DNA of 20,000 nucleotides. It comes from Psammoneis japonica. Lineage: Eukaryota. The notes beneath the pieces are model-generated. The model searched no databases. It worked only from the letters and a program-made list of their open reading frames with translations, and had not been told where the DNA came from. A program made the position numbers and the translations under genes. Location of the stretch: NCBI GenBank assembly GCA_008632985.1, contig QPGO01000021.1, positions 740,980-760,979 on the forward strand. Direction: 5' to 3'. Below are positions 8,435 to 19,550 of this stretch, piece after piece (the first letter of the stretch is position 1; the number at the start of each line of letters is the position of its first letter).

Positions 8435-9310
8435 TTAGCAATATAGATCTTCAGCCCACGCCTGCTTGACTCGTGGGTCGAGGTTCGACAATTGGTTCAG
8501 TCTCTTTTCTATAAAGTCGACATTCCCCTCCTCTTCCGATTTCATTTCAAGTGGCGCTTCGAAACGAACATGCATTGAAGCCACGCTCAATTTCTTACGC
8601 ATGGCATGTACAATAGGGACCAACTGAGCATCGTATGAATCACCTCCTTTATAAGAGGTCCACAGGTTGGCATGTTTGGCCTTGAACGAAAGCGGGCCAA
8701 AATGCCAGTCAATGCGTGGAAGAATGTGCTTGGCATTGTCCATTTCCTCTTGGATACCCGCGTCAAACACAGGCAAGCTGAAATTCAGTTTTGTAAGTTC
8801 CTTCTTTGTGACAGCATCTAAAAACAGATTGCCATACATTTCCGAGTGAAATTGTTCACACGGATAAGTCTCCTGAAACAGAGACAAAGACCGATACGGA
8901 ATAATCACATCTTCGCTTCGTTCTTGAACGCCACGCCAATGATGCACCATGTTTACTTTCTCGGGTTCTTGCCAGCACAAAATCGTATCTTCTCTGACTC
9001 CAAGTAGACCGCTCGCGATCTCTGCGGCCTCTCGCAGAGCCGCGCCCTTTTTCCCCTTTGCCGTCTGGCGTTGAACTAATGCCCCAGAAGACAAGAGCTG
9101 ATTGTGCACCTCGTCACTGGGAGAGCCGTCCACCACCACAACTGCAGTCCCATTAGTTCGGCACTCTGCCAGCATGTTCATACACATCTGGAATCGAATG
9201 TCGGCGGTAGACTCATAACGTGTGACGGTGAAAATCAAGTAGCCACGAGACTTAATAAGCTGCTCCAAAGATTCCGGGGTAGTGCTCATGACGATGCAAG
9301 TCCGTTGCAA
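8435..9310 (-). CDS. Uncharacterised GT-A-fold (nucleotide-diphospho-sugar transferase-like) protein, 291 aa; start could be Met at 9289
   Basis: Intact single-exon ORF with normal amino-acid composition. It has VVVVDGSPS (GT2-like VVDDGS), GKKGAALREAA (GKGxA-like) and LCWQEPEK at the position of the DxD motif. Confidence 0.7.
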   Translation of the reverse strand: MQRTCIVMSTTPESLEQLIKSRGYLIFTVTRYESTADIRFQMCMNMLAECRTNGTAVVVVDGSPSDEVHNQLLSSGALVQRQTAKGKKGAALREAAEIASGLLGVREDTILCWQEPEKVNMVHHWRGVQERSEDVIIPYRSLSLFQETYPCEQFHSEMYGNLFLDAVTKKELTKLNFSLPVFDAGIQEEMDNAKHILPRIDWHFGPLSFKAKHANLWTSYKGGDSYDAQLVPIVHAMRKKLSVASMHVRFEAPLEMKSEEEGNVDFIEKRLNQLSNLDPRVKQAWAEDLYC

Positions 9311-9702
9311 TGCTGTAAGGTAGCTTCAAGACGTCCGAAACGAATGTTTCTCGGGTTGCTGTCATCGCCTCGCTCTCGCTCGCTCCTCTTGGAAATCTTC
9401 GATCGGATATCTGGAGGATCTGGAGGACTTCCTTTTCCTAGTGTTCTCTCTCTTTCACTATACGTTTGTATTAACATCTTATAGGAAGACCTCGTTTCTG
9501 GAGCTATCACAGAACGCAAAACGACGATAGAAAAAGCAACATCAATCCTGATGACAGAACCAGCCTGAAACTCCTATTTGCTTCTGTGTTTCTTTTAGGG
9601 GATGTGTCAACGGAAGGAAACAGCGTGCACTGTGGCTTATTGCAGCTATAGTCATCGATTTTGTTCGCCGTTTTTAAAAAAGAAAACGTTGCACCGTAGG
9701 AC

Positions 9703-12700
9703 ATGAGGATGACACCCACTGGTCACAGTCAAAGGCGATTGCCTTTGGAAGGACGATTCTTTGCTCGGTCTCATGAGCTCAGCCGAATACGTTCGTGTCT
9801 CGATTCCGAGCCTTCAGGGGTAAAAGTTGTGCTTGTTTCAGGCTGTAGCGGTGTCGGAAAATCTAGATTGCTTCGTGCCGCTCTAACTTCGAGTACCCCT
9901 CGATTGATTGGATGCGCAAAGTTTGACTCGCGGTTTGCTCCGTTGGAAGCCATTCAAGACTGTGTTGTCGACATTGTTCGAAAGATCCAAGCGAATGAGG
10001 CCCTTTTGCATTTGATTCGTCAGCGACTTGGAGATAGCATGGAAGATGAGCACAAAGACATGTTGATGTCTGTGATTCCAGAAACGAGGGCTGTGCTTCA
10101 GTTCGAAACAGATGAAGAGGAAAAGACGAATGAGGAGAGGTCGGTAGCCCATACCGGTACAATGAGCAATAGTAAAGAAAACATGCTGCAGCTTCAAATG
10201 GCCCTGAAGGCCTTCTTGTTTGCAGTGGCTGGATTTGAGAAGGTTGTCCTTTTACTTGACGATCTTCAGTGGTGTGGTCAAGATTCCTTTGATGTTATCT
10301 TGTCTGTGTTTACAGAGCCAAATGCCTCCAATATGGTGCTTTGTGCGTCGTATCGGGATAACGAAATCAGGAGTGAGCTAATAATGTTTATGAACAAGCT
10401 AACAAACTCTCTACCATCACCGGCGATTTGCTCTGTGAGTCTGAAAGCCTTCGATGCAGCGTCCATCAATGACATGATGGCTTCCCTTCTAAATGCTGAC
10501 TCTAACGAAGAAACGTCCAACCTTGCCGGGATCATTCATCAACGCACCGACGGGAATATTTTTTTTGTAAGGCAGTTTCTTGAAGAGTTACAAAGAGAAG
10601 GGCTTCTCCGGTACAACTTCATTGCTTCTAAATGGGAATATGACGTACAACAGATCCAAGACAAAACAGCTCTCTGCGAGAACATTGTTCAGATCGTCAC
10701 TAAAAGAATCCATCGATTAGACCCGCCCATCCGGGATATCTTAAAGCTACTTGCCTGCTTTGGATGTCGGAGTAATGCTTCGACCTTGGAAATGTGTCAA
10801 TCGGTCTTTTCTGAAATCTCGAATACGGGTGAGCTACTTCAAGTGGCATGTACCCAAGAGCGTCTACTGGACGATCTTGGAAATGGATGGTATAAGTTCA
10901 GTCACGACAAAATTCTCGAATCTGTCAAGTCCATGCTACCTACTGGAGAGGAGCTCAATAAGCTACACTGGGATATCGGGATGTTCCTATTTGACGCTCT
11001 TGATGGTGCAACCACAGATCGCGACCGCCTTCGTTTCATGTGCGCGGACCAGATCAACTTGGGCGGAGCTCGTTTCGTCGAGGGAGAAAAGCATCGTGTT
11101 CAGCTTGCCAAGCTCAACTTGGACGCTGCCAAGTCGGCGTCGAGGCTATCGGCGTTCCATCCAGCTTGCAGATACTGCCAAGCTGGAATTGACATTCTTG
11201 GAGAGAACATGGCCGGTTCTTTGAACGTCGCGCTCGACTTGTATGTTCACTTTGCCGAAATGCTGTTTTGTTGTGGTGATATGACCCGAGCGAGAGAATA
11301 TTGTGACAAGATCTTTGCATCTGGGACACTGGAGCACAAAGTCCGATGCTACGTGACCATGTTGCAAATTCTCTTGTCAGAGGCAAAGAATCATGATGTT
11401 GTCGACTTTGGGTTACGGGCTTTGAAAGCACTTGGCGAAACCGTACCCCCAAAGCCCAACAAACTTCAAGCCCTCTATAGCTACAAGATAATGGCAAAAA
11501 TGCTGAACGATTCCACTCCTGAAGATATCCTCAGCTTGCCGATCATGAAAGACCCTGGAAAGGCCGCGCGTACTGAAATTTTGTTGGCTATGGTGATGCC
11601 TATCGTTCATCTCGCAATGACCAATTTGTATACGGTAGTGGTTGAGCGGATGCTAAGTCTAACCTTTCAGTACGGGTTGACAACCGCAGCCCCTGAGGCC
11701 TTCGCCATAGCAGGAGCAGAAGTCATTGCACACCGAAATGATCTTAAGCATGCATATCAGCTTGGGAAGCTGGCCGTTTCCTTGGCGGATCGACTGAAAG
11801 CAACGAGTGTCAAAGCAAAGGTATATATGTGGACTAGCGCCTTCACGCAATGGTGGATGGAGCCGCTTGCTCACTGCCTTGAATCAGCACTGAAAGGCTA
11901 TCATGCTGGACTTGCTGTTGGCGATCAGCATTACGGCTTTCATTGTATTTCAGCGTATGCTCTAACGTACGGATACTCGGGAATTCCGTTGTTACCTCTT
12001 CTTGATGATCTTGATAAATATGGTCAGCAGATGATTGATTATGGACAGTTCATGGTCTTGTTTTGCATCATTCCCATGTGGCAGTTTGTCTTGAATCTTT
12101 GTGGGAAATCTGACTCGCCGCTTGATATGTCTCGAGGCTACGCTCTCGACAAGCAGAAGCTGGCGGGGAACGAAGAGAGGATTGGAGAACAAGCTTGTTG
12201 GTCATTTCTGATGCAGTTGTGCTTTTACTTTGATGACATCGAGAAGGCTAGTGATCTCTCCCACCGGCTCAACGTCTAGACATCGGATTTGCGAGAGCCG
12301 AAGTGTTTTTCCCTGCCAGAGTATTCTTTTTCTCCCTAATCGCGATTGAGCAGTTCCGTCGCACAGGAAAGCGAAAGTTCAAGTTGGAAGCGAAGATGCA
12401 TGTGGAGCTGATAATGAAATGGATAAAGCTCGGTGCGAAAAATTTGGTGCACAAAGGTATGATCCTTCAGGCTGAGATGGACTCGCTTACTTCAAAAGAC
12501 CCTCATGTCGTTCGATCAAAGTACGATAAGGCATTTTCATGCGCCACGAGGAGTGGCTTTTTGCAAGATGGAGCTCTCGCGTGTCAACTTGCGGCTTCTT
12601 TTTGCAAGAAGGTGTTACCAGACTGCATGAACCAGTATGTTGTAAAAGCGTGGGAGCAGTGGATGGAGTGGGATGCGATTGCAGTGGCAAAGCACCTAGA

Positions 12701-12848
12701 AAAAAAGTATGCTGGCATTCTTGGTAGCACCAAATTGATCCGGTTGGGTGATCAAGGCTCGCTTCTTGGGAGAAATGGATTTCGGAGTCGTTCCCGTTTT
12801 TCTGAATCTGCTGCTAAGAAGCATGAGAAGTTGAACTATGGACCTTAA
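9703..12848 (+). CDS. STAND-class P-loop ATPase (AAA_16 / COG3899-like) with helical TPR-like C-terminus, copy 1; one frameshift at ~12269
   Basis: Motifs are FFARSHE, Walker A GCSGVGKS, Walker B VVLLLDDLQW, SYRDNE, TDGNIFF, YKFSHDKI and LAKLNLDAA. ORFs 9703-12279 and 12303-12848 are joined by restoring one base (CGGCTCAACG versus CGGCTTCAACG in copy 2). Confidence 0.88.
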
Positions 12849-13376
12849 GGCTGCTCCTTTTTGGTCGATGTTCCCGAGAGAGACAAACATCCAGTCATAA
12901 GGATCTTCTAGTGGTGGATGGCCGCCATCGAGACCAAATGTCCAAAACCGCAAAAGAGACAGTCAGCATTTCTTGGTAACGTTGAACCTTTCAGCTTTCA
13001 CGAGTAGGGAGTGAAGAGCTCTAACTCGGTCCTGTCCTTTTCCTAGAGTGTTCTCTCTCTTTCACTACTAGTTCTGTATTACCATCTCATAGGAAGACCT
13101 CCTTTCTGGAGCTACCTATTACAGCCAGAACAACGCGCAACTATCTCGCACGCAACTCGCAACAATCCGCAGAGGTCTCGCAGAAGATCAGATCACCGCG
13201 ACGACGGTCCTTTGCACCCACATCCTCTAGCTAGCGGTATTTGCTTCTGTGTTTACTTTTAGGGGATGAGTGAACAGAAGGCAACAGTGTGCACTGTGGC
13301 TTATTGCAGCTATGATCATCGATTTCGTTCGCCGTTTTTAAAAAAGAAAACTTCGCACCGAAAGACCTAATAAAGA

Positions 13377-16300
13377 ATGACACCCGCTGGTCACAGTCAA
13401 AGGCGATTGCCTCTGGAAGGACGATTCTTTGCCCGGTCTCATGAGCTCAGCCGAATACGTTCATGTCTCGAGTCCGAACTTCAGGCGTAAAAATTGTGCT
13501 TGTTTCAGGCTGCAGTGGTGTCGGGAAGTCGAGATTGCTTCGTGCCGCTCTGACTTCGAGTACCCCTCGATTGATTGGATTCGCAAAATTTGACTCGCGG
13601 ATTGCTCCGTTGGAAGCCATTCAAGACTGTGTCGTTGATATTGTTGGAAAGATTCAAGCAAATGAGAATCTTTTGCATTTGGTTCGTCAGCGACTTGGCG
13701 ATAGCATGGAAGATGAGCAGAAAGACATGTTGATGTCTGTCATGCCAGAAACGAGGGCTGTACTTCAGTTCGAAACGGATGACGAAGAAAAGAAGCAAGA
13801 TGAGAGGTCAATGACGAAGACTATTAGCAGCAATAAGCAAAACATGCTACAGCTTCAAATGGCCCTGAAGGCCTTCTTTTCACGGTAGCTGAATTTGAGA
13901 AGTTGTCCTTTTACTCGACGATCTTCAGTGGTGTGGTCAAGATTCCTTGGATATTATCTTGTCTGTGTTTACAGAGCCAAAGGCCACCAACATGGTGCTT
14001 TGTGGGTCGTATCGGGACAACGAGATCACGACTGAACTAAAGACTTTTATGAACAGCATGTCTGACTCTCTAGCATCGCATGTGATATGCTCAGTGACGC
14101 TGAAGGCCTTCGATCCAGCAGCCGTCAATGACATGCTGGCTTCGCTTTTGAGTGTTGACTTGAAAGGAGAAACGTTCGAGCTAGCGAATGTCATTCATCA
14201 GCGCACCGATGGGAATATCTTTTTTGTGAGGCAGTTTCTTGAAGAGTTACAACGAGAAGGGTTTCTTCGATACAACTTCATGACCTCTCAATGGGAATAT
14301 GACGTGCAACAGATCCAAAACGAAACGGCACTCTGCGAGAACATTGTTCAGATCGTCGCTCAAAGAATCCATCGACTAGACCCGCCCGTCCGGGATATCT
14401 TAAAGCTACTTGCCTGCTTTGGATATCGGAGTAATGAATCGACCTTGGAAATGTGTCAATCGATCTTTCCTGAAATCTCGAATGTGGGCGAGTTACTTCA
14501 AGTGGCATGTACCCAAGAGCATCTACTGGACGATCTTGGAAATGGATGGTATAAGTTCAGTCACGACAAAATTCTCGAATCTGTCAAGTCCATGCTACCT
14601 ACTGGAGAGGAGCTTGATAAGCTACACTGGGATATCGGGATGCTTCTTTTTGGCGCTCTTGATGGTGCAACCATAGATGGTGACCGCCTTCGTTTCATGT
14701 GTGCAGACCAGATCAACTTGGGCGGAGCTCGATTCGTTAAGGGAGAAAAGCATCGTCTTCAGCTTGCCAAGCTCAACTTGGACGCTGCCAAGTCGGCGTC
14801 GAGGCTATCGGCGTTCCGTCCAGCTTGTCGATACTGCCGAGCTGGAATTGACATTCTTGGAGAGAATGTCGCCGGTTCTTTGCATGTTGCGCTGGACTTG
14901 TATGTTCACTTTGCTGAAATGCTGTTTTTGTTGTGGTGATATGACCCGAGCAAGAGAATACTGCGACAAGATCTTCGCGTTTGGAACACTGGAGCACAAA
15001 GTCCGATGCTACGTGACCATGTTGCAAATTCTCTTGTCAGAGGCAAAGAATCGTGATGTTGTCGATTTGGGGTTACGAGCTTTGAAAGCACTTGGCGAAA
15101 ATGTACCCAAAAAGCCCAACAAGCTTCAAGCTCTACATAGTTACAAGAGAACAACCAAAAGGCTGAACGATTCCACTATTCAAGATATTCTCCTCGTACC
15201 GGTTATGAAGGACTTCGTCAAAGCGGCTTGTATTGAAATCATGCTTGCAATGGAGTTACCTATAGTTCATCTCGCAATGATCAATTTGCACACAGTGATT
15301 GTTGATCGAATGCTAAGTCTCACTTTCCGTCATGGATTGACTACTGCAGCCCCTGAAGCCTTTGCAGTAGCAGGGGCGGACGTCATTGCACAGCGAGACG
15401 ATCTCAAGAACGGATACCAGCTTGGGAAACTAGCTGTCTCCTTAGCGGACCGACTAAAAGCGACAAGTGTGAAGGCAAAAGTTCACATGTGGTTCAGTGC
15501 TTTCACTCAGTGGTGGGTGGAGCCGCTTGCCCAGAGTCTCGATTCTGCTTTGAAAGGTTACAATGCCGGACTGGCGGTCGGCGATCAACACTACGCGTTT
15601 CACTGCATCACTGCCTACACCACTGCCTACGTCTATTCGGGCATTCCGCTGTTACCTCTTCTTGATGATCTTGATAAATATGGCCAGCAGATGATTGACT
15701 ACGGGCAATTTATGGTCTTGTTTTGCGTTATTCCAATGTGGCAGTTTGCCTTGAATCTTTGTGGGAAATCTGACGCGCCGCTTGACATGACTCGAGGCTA
15801 CGCCGTCGACAAACAGAAGCTGGCGGGAAATGACGAAAAGATTGGAGAACAAGCTTGTTGGTCATTTCTGATGCAATTGTGCTTTTACTTTGATGACATC
15901 AAGAAGGCCAGTGATCTGTCCCAACGGCTTCAACGCCTTCAAATAGGAATTACACGGGCCGAAGTGTTTTATCCGACAAGAGTGTTCTTTTTTTGCCTTA
16001 CTGCGATCGAGCAGTTTCGTCGTACAGGAAGGCGAAAGTTCAAGCTGGAAGCGAAGAAACATATGCGGCAGATTACGAAATGGATAAAGCTCGGTGCGAT
16101 CAATTTAGTACACAAAGGAATAATTCTTCAAGCCGAGATAGACTCGCTAACTTCAAAAGACCCTGTTGCCGTTCGATCGAAATACGACAAAGCGATTTCA
16201 TGTGCCACCCGGAGTGGCTTTTTGCAAGATGGAGCTCTCGCGTGTCAGCTCGCAGCATCGTTTTGCAGAAAGGTTCTGCCAGACTCTATGGAACAGTACG

Positions 16301-16521
16301 TATTCAATGCCCACGAAAACTGGATGGCCTGGGACGCAATTGCAGTAGCACATCACCTTGAAATGAAGTATTCTGACATCCTTGGCGACAAGGCGAGCTT
16401 ACGTTTGATGCGATCGGGCAATGAAGCTTCTCAGAAGCGTGGATGCAGCGGATTCCGAAGTCGCCCCCGCTTTTCCGAATCTGCCGCTAGGAAGCATGAC
16501 CACTTAGACTACGAGAAGTAG
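13377..16521 (+). CDS. STAND-class P-loop ATPase, tandem paralog (copy 2); four 1-bp indels
   Basis: ATG at 13377 gives MTPAGHSQRRLPLEGRFFARSHEL, collinear with copy 1 through to the stop at 16521. Indels relative to copy 1 are at ~13479 (-1), ~13880 (-1), ~13902 (-1) and ~14927 (+1). No in-frame nonsense codons were seen once these are corrected. Confidence 0.82.
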
Positions 16522-16799
16522 TGGTTGGCTCGTTGATCGGAAAAGGTGCCAGATCCTTGTAGTGCTTTAGGAATAGTGCGGGAGTCAGTGTTTTATCGTC
16601 GAGGCAACGATGAGGCGCTACAACGTTGCCACGTCGTCTCTTTTGCACATCGTCAAGGCACTATATAACTGGCCAGAATCCATCATGCCTGAAAAAGGTT
16701 CCTTGCGCCCACATTAATAGACATAATAAGTAATTGTTTGCTACAATAATGGAAACGATGGAGTGTACACACTCACACAAGACGCATTCTATAGAGCAC

Positions 16800-19105
16800 C
16801 TACAGTTGCCCTTTCTTGTATTGAATAAACCTTGACGCATTCAGCGCGGTCTCCTTCCACTGTTCCTTGTCCTGCGGAGTGCCACCGCCGCCACTGATTC
16901 CTTTTTTGAATGGAGGTAAAGTCCGCTGAAAGTTTCCCAGCACATCCAGCGAGACAAAGACGTCCGCATGAACGTCATCTTCACCATAAATGTCCATGAG
17001 AGCATTGAACGCTTCGCTCTGAACCATGGTGGACGAGGATGCCAAGGATGTCAAAAGAGCAGAACAAACCTTGGTGTTGACTTGTGTGGAATGCGTCTCG
17101 GAACCGCACAAGATTCCCAGCATACTCGCTGCGTCGCGTGTAGGAATGGATAATTTGCGTTTTGCAGCAAGGACACGAGGAAATCCAAATGGTCTTGTTC
17201 GATCTGGGAACGCAACACGGGCCGCGTCCTTTGTGCCACCACCATGGCGCTGCTGATACCCTCCAAAACTCCGTCAATCGATGCCACGGACGACACCGAC
17301 AAGAGCGCCTGTAGGCACTGCACAAGTTCGTTCCACACGGCAATCGGATCCGACGACCGCCACGAGGGCAAATTGGCAATGCAGTTTCCGATGCAACCAC
17401 CACACTTGGAAATCAAATCGGCGACCTCCTGCATCACATAAAGCGGGACGATATTATTCTCGTTTGGTTGATGAGGCGAACAGAGATTCTTCAACAAGAC
17501 GACAAGACCATCGGCGAGTCCCTCTTGTACAAGAATGTCCGCAACGGCTTGGTCCAAGGGATGCATCTCGAGTTGCTCTTGTTGTTGGTCCGCCGCGCCT
17601 TGTTGCGCCGCCAAGAGTTGCGCCTCTTGTGTCGGTCCCCAATCGTCTTCCTCCATGGCGTCTTCCATATCCACGGATGCATTGTCAATACTATCTTCTT
17701 GTACCAAGCTACCCGTCAAATTTGCCGATATCTCTAGTGACAAGTGCAAGGGTAGCAGAGCCGAATGCCACGCCTGTCGAGCCTTGTCCATGCTTTCTCG
17801 GCAATCCTTGTTGGATTTTGCTTCGTCTTGCTGCATGGGTTCGTCGTCCTTGTCAATCTTCATTTCACCACCATTGTCCATATTATTTGCGTCTTGCTGT
17901 TTCCCTTCACCTTCTCCAGCAATTGCCATTTTTTGACTAATTTCCTCCTTGGCTTGTTTTTGACGCCTTGCAATCAATCTCGCAGGTTCTTTGCGCCGAT
18001 TGACCGTTTCAATCACTTGCTGCTCCAAAGCGTCGTCGGCCTGTTCCTTTTTATAAGCCTCTCGTGTTTGCACAATATTGGCAATCAATCCTTGTGCCGT
18101 CTCCTTATCGTAGGTTAGGTGATTCTTTAAGAGTGGAACGACAGACGCTTGAATTTGGTTTTGAAGAATTGAAATCAACTCGGATCGAGCAGAGTCGTTT
18201 TCATGACTACACAATACCATTTGACGAATCGACACGAGACATCCCGCGGCATGAAGTTGTGCGGGTGGAGTCAGCTTGTTGTTGCTGCTGGAATGATGAC
18301 AAGATGACACCAAAATATCAATTCCATGTCGAAACGTCGAGCCGTCGTTGTGCATCATCCATGCCTCGAGCAGATCCATGTTATCGTCCAAGGCGGAATG
18401 CAAGGTTCGAACGGCATACACCGTCACGTCTTGGGTCCATTCCAACATCATCTCGTCGCTGTCATCATCTTCTTGTTGTTGCTGTACAGCCTTGCTTTGC
18501 CTTCCGCTCAATTCCTCTTGTCCCAATACTAAAAACTTGACAAGCATCGTGACAAATTCTGTAGGCTTGGCCATGATGCGCTCTAAAGCAAGAGGATTGA
18601 TTTCGACTAGAGCACAGAGTGCGTGTAGGCATTGAACCGTGACGGCCCACCAATGATGAAGCCGTTGTTTTGACCGTTTGTTGGATGCAGTATTATCTTT
18701 TGCAGACGTAGAAAGCGCCGCCAGACATTGTTCAAGTCGACTCATCAAGACCACCGTCCATCCGGCCGTCACGTCGTTGTTGCTACTGCTGCTATTGCCG
18801 TAGTACGACACATAATTGGCACAACACCCGGCAGCCGCTTGCGAGCATTCCAAATCGGAATCCATGACGCGTTCCAATACGACTTGAAGAACTTGACTGG
18901 ATATTTTGTAGTCCTTGGAATGCCCGAGTTGAATGGGATGAAACAGCGTCGTGGCGAGCGCCGACAGGGCACCGTGACGAACTTGTGCGTTGCCATGACG
19001 GAGTTTTTTAATCAAGGATGATGTCGTTGTTGCAGAATCATTATTGTTGTTTTGTTGTTGTTGTTTGTTATGACGGTTCCTACGACGACGGCCCTGTTTT
19101 CCCAT
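16800..19105 (-). CDS. HEATR3: HEAT/ARM-repeat protein, HEATR3/Syo1 (symportin-1)-like; one frameshift near 17155
   Basis: The N-terminus is basic (MGKQGRRRRNR, ATG at 19105) and is followed by VRHGALSALA and ERVMDSDLECSQAAAGCCANY, with acidic insertions. C-terminal SEAFNALMDIYGED and ETALNASRFIQYK resemble the HEATR3/Syo1 C-terminus as I recall it. One extra A in GCAAAT joins ORF 19180-17051 to the frame of 17123-16800. Confidence 0.72.
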
Positions 19106-19550
19106 GGTTGATTTTTTGTTCTCTGGAGTGAAAAGATCTGGGATAAAAAAAATGAGTGGCGCAAAAAAGTTGTGGCGCAAAGATCGGCAGTCTTTGCGTC
19201 GACCGTGTCGGAGGGAATTTTCCGCAATTCACTTGTATTCGGATCTATATAACATATTGAATTTTCAATTTTCTGTAGACTTGCAGTATCTTTCGGTTTC
19301 AGTACTGAAATCCTGTAGAATCTACGGCCGCGCATGTCACGGGATGAGAATGAAGAGTCGCGGCCACGAACGAACCTGGAACCTGGATGACCTTCCCGCT
19401 GTCATTGCTTGTTAGTGGAAAAGGTCACACTCCACGATACACAGGAGTCTCTATTAGGTCGCTCCACGATACATTGGAGTCTCTATTATTGCTTTGTCTC
19501 GCGCGCCGCAACAACACAACGCACCACAACAACACATGCAAGCTGCCACC

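Larger units (their letters stand above)
9431..16521 (+). repeat. Tandem duplication with ~3.6-kb unit (upstream region plus ATPase gene)
   Basis: Upstream blocks align (9431-9505 with 13037-13114; 9575-9700 with 13238-13367), as do the two coding regions. Confidence 0.9.

Noticed and set aside
14677..14930. N-terminus of the 614-aa ORF (MVTAFVSCV...) as a separate gene start
   Set aside because: It is the out-of-frame reading upstream of the +1 indel at ~14927. The true frame there is the 13947-14939 ORF, as shown by alignment to copy 1.
17281..18635. Plus-strand ORFs antisense to the HEATR3-like gene
   Set aside because: These are shadow ORFs of a real coding sequence with no independent support.
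19106..19180. N-terminal extension MRHNFFAPLIFF... of the HEATR3-like ORF
   Set aside because: It starts at a non-ATG codon in the ORF track. The first ATG (19105, ACCATGG context) gives the expected MGK-basic N-terminus.
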